A stretch of 32,000 nt of DNA from Microcystis aeruginosa NIES-2549 (GCF_000981785.2 NZ_CP011304.1:1800001-1832000); one strand, 5' to 3'; shown: positions 17,812 to 27,154, counted from the first letter of the stretch. Numbers and translations: made by a program. The notes: a model not told the origin generated them from the sequence alone.

Positions 17812-18474
17812 ATGCTCCTAGAAGAACTTTGTCAACGCTATCGGGAGGGAGAAAGAGATTTTCGGGGGATTAATTTGCGGGAAGGCGACTTAACTAATAT
17901 TATCCTCCCAGGAGTCGATTTTTGCCGTGCTGATCTGCGACAGGCGCGGTTAGGAAAAATACGCCTCGCGCGATCACTGCTGAGAGAAGCAGATTTAAGT
18001 GAGGCGATTCTCTGGGGAGCAGATTTAAGTCAAGTGGACTTTTATCGAGCTTGTTTACGCGATGCAGACCTAAGCGGGGCTAATCTCATCGAAGCCAATT
18101 TAGAAGCCGCTTATTTAACCAAAGCCGTCTTAAATGGTGTTAATCTCAACAGTGCTAATCTCCAGCAGGCCCTATTAATCGATGCGGATTTTCGCTCCAC
18201 TTCCGACCAACGCACGGACTTAGGCAAAACTAACTTTTGCGGAGCCGATCTCAACTATGCCAATCTGAGCGGCTCCCTGTTATATCGAGCTAATTTCGCC
18301 GATTGCCGACTTTGCCGGGTTAATTTTCGTGCTAGTCCCGAAAGAGACGGATTTATTACCGATCTTACCGGGGCCAGTTTCCGGGGTGCAGATCTCAGTT
18401 ATGCTGATTTGCGCGGGGCAGTTTTAGAAGATGTGGACTTGACTGATGCTGATTTAACCGGGACTTTGTTTTAA
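17812..18474 (+). CDS. Pentapeptide-repeat protein
   Basis: Continuous A(D/N)LxX repeats (ADLSEAILWGADLSQVDFYRACLRDADLSGANL...). Confidence 0.85.
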   Translation: MLLEELCQRYREGERDFRGINLREGDLTNIILPGVDFCRADLRQARLGKIRLARSLLREADLSEAILWGADLSQVDFYRACLRDADLSGANLIEANLEAAYLTKAVLNGVNLNSANLQQALLIDADFRSTSDQRTDLGKTNFCGADLNYANLSGSLLYRANFADCRLCRVNFRASPERDGFITDLTGASFRGADLSYADLRGAVLEDVDLTDADLTGTLF

Positions 18475-18845
18475 CTTAGGCAATGAACAACGGAGAAAAA
18501 GTTCTCATTTTCCACCTCAGGAAAATATCTTAATCGATCGGAGATTCAATTATTCCCAAAAACTTGCCGGTTGGGTTTGACAACTCAATTAGCTGGAGTT
18601 TTTGGCTGTAAATTAAATGGTGCTATATAGCGCTTTTCACGTTAGTGAGGTATCGACAAGTTTTGCAAACAAAGGGTTTAAGCTCCTTGCCCATACCTCA
18701 TTTTGATGAAAACTACTATAATTCAATTATACTGATTCTCGCCTCTGTCAGGCACAATTAAACCTTTGCTAGTCGGCTTTTCAGAATCGAGAATTTGACT
18801 GATGTTAACGGAAAACTCTAGACTGTCACCAAAGATTAAACAAAA

Positions 18846-20248
18846 ATGCTCACTAAAGAAAGTATCCAGGAATTAAAAACAACTAATCCCGACTTTCTCG
18901 GCGAAATATTATCCCAAACGGAGGATAGTAAAAATCTGGTATTTATCTTAGAAAATCTCGGACAAATCCCCGATAATTTTAATCAAAATATCCTCATTAA
19001 TCTCGCTCAACACTCCCAAGAACAGATCAGATTTTTGGCAATTAAAAATCTGGCTAAACTAGCGGATATAAGTTTACTTAATTTTTTCTTTGAGCTTGCG
19101 GTTAATGATCGAGAATCTTTAGTAAAAAGAGAAGCGGTATCGGCAATCGCTCGTCTGAGGAATGAGGAAACTCTTCCCTTTTTATTCCAATTTTTAACCG
19201 ACAAAGACCCGAAAATTATCTTACAGACAATTCGAGGTTTATTAGTTTTTAAAAACAATGATGTAGTCAAAAAATCTCTAATTAAAATTAGCAGATCATC
19301 CCAATGAAATTATTCAATCAGTTATCAGAAAAGCTTTCACCGATAAAAAATCTTCTACCGATCAACTACCCCATCCCTTATCCCCAGAATTTATGAAAAA
19401 TGTCGTGGTTAATAGCGATGTGCGAGAAGTATTTCCCTATATTCCCGATCAATCTATTCATCTAACTTTTACTTCCCCCCCCCTACTACAACGCTCGCGA
19501 CTACTCCATTTATACCAGTTATCAAGCTTACTTAGATTTTCTCTGTCAATTGTTCCAAGAAACCCATCGAATTACTAAAGAAGGTCGCTTTTTAGTTGTC
19601 AATACTTCCCCGATTATTATCCCTCGTACCAGTCGCGCCCATGCTAGTAAACGGTATCCAATATCTTTTGATCTACACTATTATTTAGTTAATCATGGTT
19701 GGGAATTTATCGATGATATTATCTGGTTAAAGCCAGAAAGTAGTGTCAAAAACCGCAATGGATGCTTTGTACAACACCGTAAACAATTAGCTTATAAACC
19801 TAATGCTGTCACCGAATATTTAATGGTTTATCGGAAATAAACAGATAAACTGCTTGATTGGAATATGAAACAATACGATCAAGATATTATAGAGTAAAGC
19901 AAGGTTTGTGGAGATTATGAAAGTTCTAACGTTTGGCAAATTGATCCGACTTTTGATAAAATTACTACAGCAGTATTTTCCATAGAATTATGTAATTTGG
20001 TGATTAAATTCTATTCCTATAAAGGCGATTTAGTCTTCGATTCCTTTGGTGGTAGAGGCACTGTGGGAAAGACCGCTAGAAATTTAGGTAGATATTTTTT
20101 CTTAACAGAACAGGAATCTACCTATGTGGATAGAATGAAGATATATTTGGGGCAGCCGATGCTTTTTGAACCCAAACTAACCAAATTTTTATCTTTAGCA
20201 GAATTCTTCCAATTGAGTCAGGAACAAGAATATGATAACAATCACTGA
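18846..20248 (+). pseudogene. Disrupted HEAT-repeat / beta-class (SPPY before FxGxG) DNA methyltransferase gene
   Basis: Four consecutive ORF pieces. There is a frame change near 19290-19310 and a +1 frameshift inside a C9 run (19475-19483) at the TSPP(Y) motif. In-frame TAA codons lie at 19838-19840 and 19895-19897. The downstream piece carries FPIELCN and DSFGGRGT motifs. Confidence 0.7.
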
Positions 20249-20385
20249 TAGTGTAATTCAGCGAATTATTCGTAAGTTCATTTTGTTAAAGATTATTAAG
20301 ATGCGCTTACCCTGCGAAAATTCCTTGACTATCGCCCCCATCTAAGGTACTATGCAATAGTCCTATGGTTGGATAATAAATCGGA

Positions 20386-21006
20386 ATGATCAACTTCAAA
20401 TACCAATTAACTCTAATAACAGCTACTGCCATTGGTTTAAGCTTGGGAGTTGTTGAAACCGCACAAGCGAGTTTGCTCGTCAATGTAACGGGAACTGCCG
20501 GCAGTGGACAGACGATTTGGGTGTTTTCTGGATCTTCTACAGCTTCTTCTGATGGTGTATTTGGCCTTGCTCCAAGCGATTCCCCCGAGGAGTGGCGTAA
20601 TGTTGGCGACTACGTTGCCGATACTTCACTTAATGCAATATCCATCTCCCCTAGTTCTGGAAGTGCCAGCATCACCAATAGTCAGGGGACTCGATCTATC
20701 AGTTTGATCGGGATAGATTATGATGGCAATAGTAGTAGTAGTAATAATGATGATTTTGGAATCGGGGTTGCCGACCAGTCCCTTAATATCATTGCTGGAG
20801 ATGTGGTTAGTTGGACAGGGACTTTGCTCCTTCCTCTCGACATTACCCAATTTAAGTTGGGGACCTATGGTCCAGCACAAAGTGGTGCGATCGGTGGTTT
20901 GACTGATATACAGCTAACCTTACAATCTGTTCCTGAATCGACCAGTATTATTGGGTTATTGGTTGCAGGTACATTTGGTCTGGCTTTGTGTCGCCGTAAA
21001 GTTTAA
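20386..21006 (+). CDS. Secreted PEP-CTERM-anchor protein
   Basis: Signal peptide ending AQA|S. The C-terminal sorting signal is VPESTSIIGLLVAGTFGLALCRRKV. Confidence 0.8.
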   Translation: MINFKYQLTLITATAIGLSLGVVETAQASLLVNVTGTAGSGQTIWVFSGSSTASSDGVFGLAPSDSPEEWRNVGDYVADTSLNAISISPSSGSASITNSQGTRSISLIGIDYDGNSSSSNNDDFGIGVADQSLNIIAGDVVSWTGTLLLPLDITQFKLGTYGPAQSGAIGGLTDIQLTLQSVPESTSIIGLLVAGTFGLALCRRKV

Positions 21007-21041
21007 TCGGGTGTTGCCTCTTTTTGATGGCAGTTGCAATT

Positions 21042-21073
21042 GAAAAAGAGACGCTCTAAAAAACGTCTCTTTT
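21042..21073. terminator. Bidirectional intrinsic terminator between the PEP-CTERM gene (+) and psbK (-)
   Basis: AAAAAGAGACG-ctctaaaaaa-CGTCTCTTTTT: a perfect stem flanked by A and T runs. Confidence 0.75.
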
Positions 21074-21096
21074 TAATCAGATAATTGAGAGTCGAT

Positions 21097-21234
21097 TTAT
21101 TTAAAACCGACGGATGCTTGCCAAACAAAGGCCAGCAAGAGGAAAAATAGGGGAATCAGGGGCAAGACATCGACTAAGGGGTCGAAAATTTGGTATGCTT
21201 CCGGCAATTTGGCGAACAAAAGTGCAGTTTCCAT
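21097..21234 (-). CDS. psbK: Photosystem II reaction-centre protein K
   Basis: [45 protein letters not shown] (45 aa). I use the ATG at 21234; the longer track ORF to 21288 would overlap tgt. Confidence 0.9.
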   Translation of the reverse strand: METALLFAKLPEAYQIFDPLVDVLPLIPLFFLLLAFVWQASVGFK

Positions 21235-21284
21235 CTCTCTATCTACCTTGACAAGAAAATTTTTAAACGTTTCCTGAAATTTTA

Positions 21285-22409
21285 TCACGTTGGGGTAACA
21301 TCTACGGCATCCTCAAGCCAAGGGGCAAAATCTTGGGCAAAAGTACCCACTAGGATAGATTGACGAATTTCACGGGTAAATCTGATTAATTCGGCGATAT
21401 TGTGCAGAGATAAGAGAATATAACCCAACATCTCCCCCGATTTAATTAAATGATTCAGATAGGCACGGCTAAAGTGTTGACAGGTGTAACAGGGACAAGT
21501 CTCGTCTAAAGGGGCGAAATCCTCCTTAAAACGGGCATTTTTGAGGTTCCAACGCTCCCCCCGCACTAAAGCCGTGCCATGGCGACCAAAACGGGTGGGA
21601 ATAACGCAATCAAACAGATCTATACCACTAGCGATCGCCTTGGCCATTTCTCCATAGGTTCCCACTCCCATCAGGTAACGGGGCTTATTTTCGGGGAGTA
21701 AAGGGGCAGTTATCCGAACAATGCGATGAATTAGGCTCGTTTCTTCCCCCACACTCACGCCCCCGATAGCGTAACCGGGTAAATCGAGTTTTACTAAAGA
21801 TTCCGCCGCCGCTGCCCGTAAATCCTCATAGATTCCTCCTTGGACTATGGCGAATAAAGCCTGTTCTTGAGGTCGTTGATGGGCCCCCAGACAGCGCTCT
21901 AACCAGCGATAGGTGCGTTCTATGGATGCTTTCATGGTCTCATGACTGACTCCCGTGGGGGGACATTCATCGAAGGCCATAATCACATCAGCACCGAGGG
22001 CATTTTGAATCTGAATCGATTTTTCTGGCGTAATTTCGATGATTCTACCGTCCCGGGGCGATCGAAAGGTGACTCCCGACTCTTTAATTTGCCGGAGTTG
22101 ACTAAGGCTAAATACCTGAAATCCACCCGAATCTGTTAATATTGGCTGATTCCACGCCATAAACTCGTGTAAACCTCCCGCTCTCTCGATAATACTTTCT
22201 CCAGGCTGCAGATGCAGGTGATAGGTATTAGCGAGAATCATTTGCGCCCCCGTGCTGGCGATTTGAGCGGGGGTCAAACCTTTCACCGTCGCTAAAGTTC
22301 CCACGGGCATAAAACGGGGTGTTTCTACCAGTCCGTGGGGAGTATGCCAAACCCCAACCCGCGCACCAGTTTGGGGACACTGGGCGATTAATTCAAAGGA
22401 AAATCCCAC
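21285..22409 (-). CDS. tgt: tRNA-guanine transglycosylase (queuine tRNA-ribosyltransferase)
   Basis: [22 protein letters not shown] and the zinc site [17 protein letters not shown]. The apparent start is GTG. Confidence 0.92.
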   Translation of the reverse strand: MGFSFELIAQCPQTGARVGVWHTPHGLVETPRFMPVGTLATVKGLTPAQIASTGAQMILANTYHLHLQPGESIIERAGGLHEFMAWNQPILTDSGGFQVFSLSQLRQIKESGVTFRSPRDGRIIEITPEKSIQIQNALGADVIMAFDECPPTGVSHETMKASIERTYRWLERCLGAHQRPQEQALFAIVQGGIYEDLRAAAAESLVKLDLPGYAIGGVSVGEETSLIHRIVRITAPLLPENKPRYLMGVGTYGEMAKAIASGIDLFDCVIPTRFGRHGTALVRGERWNLKNARFKEDFAPLDETCPCYTCQHFSRAYLNHLIKSGEMLGYILLSLHNIAELIRFTREIRQSILVGTFAQDFAPWLEDAVDVTPT

Positions 22410-22414
22410 TGTTT

Positions 22415-22490
22415 CAGTTATCAGTTATCAGTTATCAGTTATCAGTTATCAGTAACCAGTTATCAGTAACCAGTTATCAGTTATCAGTAT
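22415..22490. repeat. Heptamer tandem array (CAGTTAT/CAGTAAC, about 11 units)
   Basis: Counted directly. The array lies immediately upstream of the tgt start codon. Confidence 0.95.
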
Positions 22491-22503
22491 TTTTGCTCGC
22501 TGC

Positions 22504-22965
22504 CTAAAAGGGGCAATCGTTGTCGTCTTCGTCTTCAAACTGCACATCCCACTTAGCAGAAAGAACCTGAGTAACCATGGCTTCGAGGGTATCGGCATTG
22601 AGACGGGCTTTCATCTCGGGGTCTTGCAGTGGATTACTCAGGGGAATCAGCCGTAATTGCCGATTGTCTTGGATCAGATCAAAATAGGTTTCACCGTCGG
22701 GAGAGCGGTTTAAACGTAGATAATCGAAGCTATAGGTATTGAGATAAAGACTGTAGTTAGCAACTAAAGTGCTTTGCTGATAATCGGCGAAAACTTCCAC
22801 TATCCATCCTTCCCCTTCACTCTGAATCACCCCTTCGAGACTATGGATGTAGCGAACTCGTCCGAGATCATCGAGGAGACGACGCATATCTTCTTTAGCG
22901 ATGACCACGCCAGAATCAATAATACAGGGGGCGGGCAGGGGCTGTGAGGGTGGATGATAGTTCAT
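22504..22965 (-). CDS. Hypothetical protein, 153 aa, with an acidic C-terminus
   Basis: Clean ORF with non-repetitive composition. No family recognised. Confidence 0.55.
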   Translation of the reverse strand: MNYHPPSQPLPAPCIIDSGVVIAKEDMRRLLDDLGRVRYIHSLEGVIQSEGEGWIVEVFADYQQSTLVANYSLYLNTYSFDYLRLNRSPDGETYFDLIQDNRQLRLIPLSNPLQDPEMKARLNADTLEAMVTQVLSAKWDVQFEDEDDNDCPF

Positions 22966-23176
22966 AGGGATTGCCAGTAAAAAAATTTCCGTTAATAACC
23001 CACCGGGGGGGGTCCACCGATTCCTGTTGCAATTTTTTTCGGGTTACGTCTCGATCTTAACCCAATCCGCTAGAACTTTTCACTGTTACTTAAGATTAAG
23101 ACCGAAGATCGATGATTAATTTCTGCTTACTAAATATTTACAAAAATCTGGGTAGACAGGGCCTACCCAATCATAA

Positions 23177-23779
23177 TTATTTACTGGGGGGGTTAGAAGC
23201 GGAAGGACTGCGATCGATCACCTGATCGATTAAACCATAATCCAGAGCCTCTTCGGCGGACATAAAGAAATCCCTTTCCGTATCCTCGGCGATGAGGTCG
23301 AGAGGTTTACCCGTATGACTAGCTAGGTGTTCATTGAGTAGTTGTTTGAGATAGAGAATTTCTTTGGCCTGAATTTCGATATCGGTGGCCTGACCTTGGG
23401 CGCCGCCGAGGGGTTGGTGAATCATGATCCGCGAGTTGGGTAGGCTCATTCTTTTGCCCGGTTTGCCAGCGCTGAGGAGAAAAGCCCCCATACTGGCGGC
23501 TAAACCAATACAAATGGTGCTGACATCGGGACGGATTTGATTCATGGTGTCAAAAATCCCTAATCCGGCCGAAACGGAACCCCCGGGGGAGTTGATATAC
23601 AAGTAAATATCTTTTTCGGGGTCTTCTGCTTCTAGAAAGAGTAATTGGGCGACGATTAGGTTAGCTAGGTCGCTGGTTACTTCTTGTCCCAAAAAGACGA
23701 TTCTTTCCCGGAGTAGTCGGGAGTAGATATCGAAGGCGCGTTCGCCCCGGCCTGTGGTTTCAATAACGGTAGGAATCAT
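23177..23779 (-). CDS. clpP: ATP-dependent Clp protease proteolytic subunit
   Basis: RERIVFLG...INSPGGSV...[11 protein letters not shown]...IMIHQPLGG; the Ser-His-Asp context is typical of ClpP. Confidence 0.93.
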   Translation of the reverse strand: MIPTVIETTGRGERAFDIYSRLLRERIVFLGQEVTSDLANLIVAQLLFLEAEDPEKDIYLYINSPGGSVSAGLGIFDTMNQIRPDVSTICIGLAASMGAFLLSAGKPGKRMSLPNSRIMIHQPLGGAQGQATDIEIQAKEILYLKQLLNEHLASHTGKPLDLIAEDTERDFFMSAEEALDYGLIDQVIDRSPSASNPPSK

Positions 23780-23789
23780 TGCGCTTTCT

Positions 23790-25350
23790 TGTCTTGCTGC
23801 TGCGGTTAGTTTTTTGATTTTGACATACTCCCACCGTCAAGCTACGCTGTGACGGGGGATTCTTTCCAGATCACTATCGGAAATTCCTTGTTCAACGAGA
23901 CAGCTTAGATTCTCAATGTCTCCACTGAAAATCCAGAGGCCGGACTCTCCCAAGGCGTTTGGGTCGGTTTCTGTTTGCCCAACAGTACCGTTGAGATGAT
24001 TTCCCAAATATTTCAACCCTTTTTTAAGAATATTTATTGCTGCATTATGATCCCTATCTAAGACTGTTTGACAATTAGGACATTGATGAGTTCTAGTGCT
24101 TAAGGTTTTTTGAACTCTCGTCCCACAAACTGAACAATCTTGAGAAGTGAAATGCGGTGGTACAGCAACACAAACAATCCGATAAATCTTAGCAAAATAA
24201 TTCAACCATTCAGTGAATTGATACCAAGAAGCATCGGAAATCGACTTAGATAGCTTACGGTTTTTGACTAAGTTTCTTACCTTTAAAGCTTCATAGACTA
24301 CCAGATCATTAGACTGGACTAACGCCAAAGCGTCTTTAATTGCTTTGTCTTTACGTTGTCTTGATACTTTAAGATGAAGCTTGGCTACCTTTACCCGTTG
24401 CTTATGATAGTTTTTAGACTGTTTCTTTCCTTTACGGAATTTCTTAGATAATCGTCGTTGTGCTTTTTGAAGTCGTTTTTCTGACTTTCTTAAATAACGT
24501 GGATTCTCTACAGTATTACCTTGAGCATCGGTATAAAATTCCTTTAACCCTAAGTCAATTCCTGTTATTTGTCCCGTCGGTTTATGGTATTCTTGCCGTT
24601 CTACGTCAATCAGAAACTGGCAATAATAACCGTCAGCACGTCTAACAACTCTTACCCGTCTAATCTGTTGTTCTGAATAATAAACTAAGGTCTTTTGACT
24701 ACACCATAAATCAAATTCTCCTGCTTTAAAGCCATCAGTAAATCTGATTTTACGTCGATCATCAGATAGTTTGTAGCCTGTTAGTTTATACTCAACATCT
24801 CGACTTCGCTCGACGTTGACCCTGAGCGAAGCCGAAGGGTCAACCGAACGACTATGCTTTTTGAACCGAGGAAAACCCTTTTTCCCAAGTATCTTAGCAT
24901 GACAATTCTGGTAAAACCGATTAATTGATTGCCAGGCTCTATCAGCAGCCGATTGACGAGCTTGAGAGTTTAATTTATTAACCCAAGGTGTCTCTTTATT
25001 GTTAGCTAGTACCGAGCAAAGTTTTTGGAGATCATTGCGGGTTGTACCCTTATGATCCATCCAATAACGAACACAAGAGTTACGCACAAACTGAGATGTT
25101 CTAATTGCTTCATCAAGCCGGTGATATTGCTCTAGTGTCCCGTTTTTTAGCTTTGCTTCTACGACTAGCATCTAACAATTCTCGACCATTGGTTAAGTAG
25201 ATTATAACACAGTTTGTCCACAGATGGTGGAATTAAACCGATACTCCGTTGCTGACCCTTCGACTTCGCTCAGGGTCATTGATATTCTGGTCGGATTTCA
25301 TCCCCCGCTAATTTTTGTGAGTATCTTATCGAAAAATGTAGCGGGGGTAT
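23790..25350 (-). mobile_element. TnpB-only IS200/IS605-family (IS1341-group-like) element; boundaries approximate
   Basis: A tnpB ORF with no tnpA. Subterminal hairpins lie on both sides: CCCCGTCA...TGACGGTGGG at about 23836-23865, and CCCCCGCTA...TAGCGGGGG at 25302-25348. An extended -10 box TGTTATAAT on the minus strand (25201-25209) precedes the ATG. Confidence 0.6.
23837..25171 (-). CDS. tnpB: RNA-guided endonuclease TnpB (IS605 OrfB family)
   Basis: RuvC-like motifs GIDLGLK, VVYEAL and RDHNAAINIL, plus the zinc ribbon CSVCG...CPNC. The N-terminus MLVVEAKLKNG...AIRTSQFVRNSCVRYW is typical of the family. Confidence 0.88.
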   Translation of the reverse strand: MLVVEAKLKNGTLEQYHRLDEAIRTSQFVRNSCVRYWMDHKGTTRNDLQKLCSVLANNKETPWVNKLNSQARQSAADRAWQSINRFYQNCHAKILGKKGFPRFKKHSRSVDPSASLRVNVERSRDVEYKLTGYKLSDDRRKIRFTDGFKAGEFDLWCSQKTLVYYSEQQIRRVRVVRRADGYYCQFLIDVERQEYHKPTGQITGIDLGLKEFYTDAQGNTVENPRYLRKSEKRLQKAQRRLSKKFRKGKKQSKNYHKQRVKVAKLHLKVSRQRKDKAIKDALALVQSNDLVVYEALKVRNLVKNRKLSKSISDASWYQFTEWLNYFAKIYRIVCVAVPPHFTSQDCSVCGTRVQKTLSTRTHQCPNCQTVLDRDHNAAINILKKGLKYLGNHLNGTVGQTETDPNALGESGLWIFSGDIENLSCLVEQGISDSDLERIPRHSVA

Positions 25351-25380
25351 TCATCCGATATTTTAGGTAACTTAGGGAAT

Positions 25381-25470
25381 GGGGGATAAGGATTAGGGGA
25401 AGTGGGGAAGTGGGGAATTTCAACTAAAACCCTAAAACCCTAAAACCCCAAAACCTAACACCTAACCCCC
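25381..25470. repeat. Short tandem repeats: GGGGAAGT units followed by AAAACCCT units
   Basis: GGGGGataaggattaGGGGaagtGGGGaagtGGGG, then ctAAAACCCTAAAACCCTAAAACCCCAAAACCTAACACCTAACCCCC. Confidence 0.9.
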
Positions 25471-25475
25471 AACAG

Positions 25476-26030
25476 CTAACGGCTAAAAATAATCTTCTCG
25501 ACGGCATCTAGGGCGCTTTCTAGGTCATCGTTGACGATTTGATAGGGGAATTCCTCGCTGGCGGCTAATTCTTCTCGGGCGCGTTCCAGACGACGGGCGA
25601 TCGCTGTTTCGGCATCTTTGCCCCGGCCGCGCAAACGACGTTCTAATTCCTCGAAACTGGGGGGTAGGATAAAGATTCTCCTCGCTTCGGGGAAGCTTTG
25701 ACAGACCTGTCTGGCTCCCTCCAATTCGATTTCTAGAATGACGGTCTGGCCTGCCGCTAATTGAGCGGCGATCGCTGATTGGGGGGTCCCATAGTAGTTG
25801 CCCGCGTATTCGGCCGATTCTAGAAATTCTCCAGCTGCCATTTTCTCCTCGAAACTGGGACGGTCGAGAAAATAGTAGTCTTCCCCCTCAATTTCACCCG
25901 GTCGAGGTGGGCGCGTAGTAGCGGATACTGACAGGTAGAGGTTAGGGAAACGAGTTAGTAAATGCCGTACTAGCGTACCCTTGCCCACACCGCTAGGGCC
26001 AGTAATGACGATTAATTGACCGGGTTGCAT
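25476..26030 (-). CDS. gmk: Guanylate kinase
   Basis: P-loop [26 protein letters not shown], and the YYGTP motif. Confidence 0.92.
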   Translation of the reverse strand: MQPGQLIVITGPSGVGKGTLVRHLLTRFPNLYLSVSATTRPPRPGEIEGEDYYFLDRPSFEEKMAAGEFLESAEYAGNYYGTPQSAIAAQLAAGQTVILEIELEGARQVCQSFPEARRIFILPPSFEELERRLRGRGKDAETAIARRLERAREELAASEEFPYQIVNDDLESALDAVEKIIFSR

Positions 26031-26042
26031 GGGGTTAATAAC

Positions 26043-26312
26043 TTAGTTGCTACTATTAACAGGGGCTTCCTTGTTGACCACGAAACGGTGAGCCACGGTT
26101 TCCGGTTGAATGGCCGACAGCACCACATGACTAGAATCGGTGATGATCACCGCACGAGTCCGTCTTCCGTATGTAGCATCGATTAAACAGCCTTTATCCC
26201 GAGCATCACTGATGATGCGTTTGATAGGAGCAGATTCTGGGCTAACGATGGCGATAACCCGATTAGCGGAAACTATATTACCGAAGCCAATGTTGATCAG
26301 TTGTATATCCAT
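26043..26312 (-). CDS. remA: RemA/DUF370-family regulator
   Basis: [72 protein letters not shown] closely parallels Bacillus RemA. The remA-gmk adjacency is a conserved arrangement. Confidence 0.88.
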   Translation of the reverse strand: MDIQLINIGFGNIVSANRVIAIVSPESAPIKRIISDARDKGCLIDATYGRRTRAVIITDSSHVVLSAIQPETVAHRFVVNKEAPVNSSN

Positions 26313-26523
26313 AAGTTAACAAAGGTGTAGTCCTTTGTACAAAAGAGTGTGGAGGTATGATTACAATGTTATCGAGAAAGATTTAGCCTTACAACGCTAA
26401 AAATAACATTCTTAATCACATTTTAGTATTTTTTCAGGTTTTTTGCGATTTTAATTAAATTTGTTTACACGAGTCTCTATCTTAGGGAATAAAAAAGCAA
26501 AAGTCGGGAAAATTAGGGAATTT

Positions 26524-26629
26524 GGGGGGCGTGGGGTGTGGGGTGATGGGGAAGTGGGGTGTGGGGTGTGGGGTGTGGGGTGTGGGGTGTAGGGTGTGGG
26601 GTGTGGGGTGTGGGGTGTAGGGTGATGGG
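26524..26629 (+). repeat. G-rich heptamer array (GGGGTGT and variants, about 15 G-tracts)
   Basis: Read directly. It lies in the divergent intergenic region between remA (-) and the 26820 (+) gene. Confidence 0.95.
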
Positions 26630-26702
26630 AGCTTTTTTCAGTGTTGCCAAAGGCACGGCGTAGCCGTCCAGTAAACAGTAATCAGTGAACTGAAAACTCA
26701 CA

Positions 26703-26741
26703 ACTGATCACTGATAACTGATCACTGATAACTGATCACTG
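26703..26741. repeat. 14-mer tandem repeat ACTGATCACTGATA (about 2.8 units)
   Basis: Read directly. Confidence 0.9.
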
Positions 26742-26819
26742 TTAAGAATGTCCCCAGCAATGGCATGATAATTATGGTAACTAATAAGTATTCTCTATCC
26801 TTGGTGGGTGCGTTAGACT

Positions 26820-27026
26820 ATGGGGTTTGCTGATCTATCGATCGCTGATATTGCGGCAGAGTACGATCTGGCCGATGAATCTGTGTTGTCACTTTGCGAC
26901 CAATTAGGCATCTCCTATAAAGATCGGCAGACTAATCTCGCCCTAGAAGATGCTAAAGCAATTATCTCACTGATTTTATCCAAACGCTCAGGAGTAACCG
27001 CCTCGAAAACGGAAACGTCCCCTTGA
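26820..27026 (+). CDS. Small protein resembling the IF-2 N-terminal-domain family, 68 aa
   Basis: The pattern MGFADLSIADIAAEYDLADESVLSLCDQLGISYKDRQTNLALEDAKAIISL matches my recollection of small cyanobacterial IF2_N-domain proteins. Not searched. Confidence 0.5.
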   Translation: MGFADLSIADIAAEYDLADESVLSLCDQLGISYKDRQTNLALEDAKAIISLILSKRSGVTASKTETSP

Positions 27027-27154
27027 CTTTATTCCCAACTGCGATCTTCTCGGTGTCCGTGATCACTTAGAATCGATCGACACCCTCCCATAGGAGAAAA
27101 TTTTTTAGTCACCTTAAAATCCCCCCTCTTGGAACAATTGCGAGTAGGAGAACA

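Noticed and set aside
19475-19483. C9 tract as an active phase-variation switch of the methyltransferase
   Set aside because: Restoring the frame at the C tract would still leave two in-frame TAA codons and another frame break, so the gene cannot be switched back on by slippage alone.
21235-21288. Long form of psbK (63 aa, start at 21288) overlapping tgt by 4 nt
   Set aside because: The extra N-terminal 18 residues are not part of known PsbK pre-sequences. The internal ATG at 21234 gives the canonical 45-aa precursor [14 protein letters not shown]....
22319-22507. 62-aa plus-strand ORF ending in [16 protein letters not shown] repeats
   Set aside because: It is antisense to the tgt 5' end and then runs through the CAGTTAT heptamer array, so it is a repeat artefact.
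25419-25470. TTTTAGGG/CCCTAAAA repeats as a real telomere or linear-replicon end
   Set aside because: There are only about three to five degenerate units, embedded between ordinary chromosomal genes (gmk and a TnpB element). Similar short heptamer and octamer repeats are scattered through the window.
26513-26701. 62-aa minus-strand ORF encoding PTPHTPH repeats
   Set aside because: It is simply the translation of the GGGGTGT heptamer array, a repeat artefact and not a gene.
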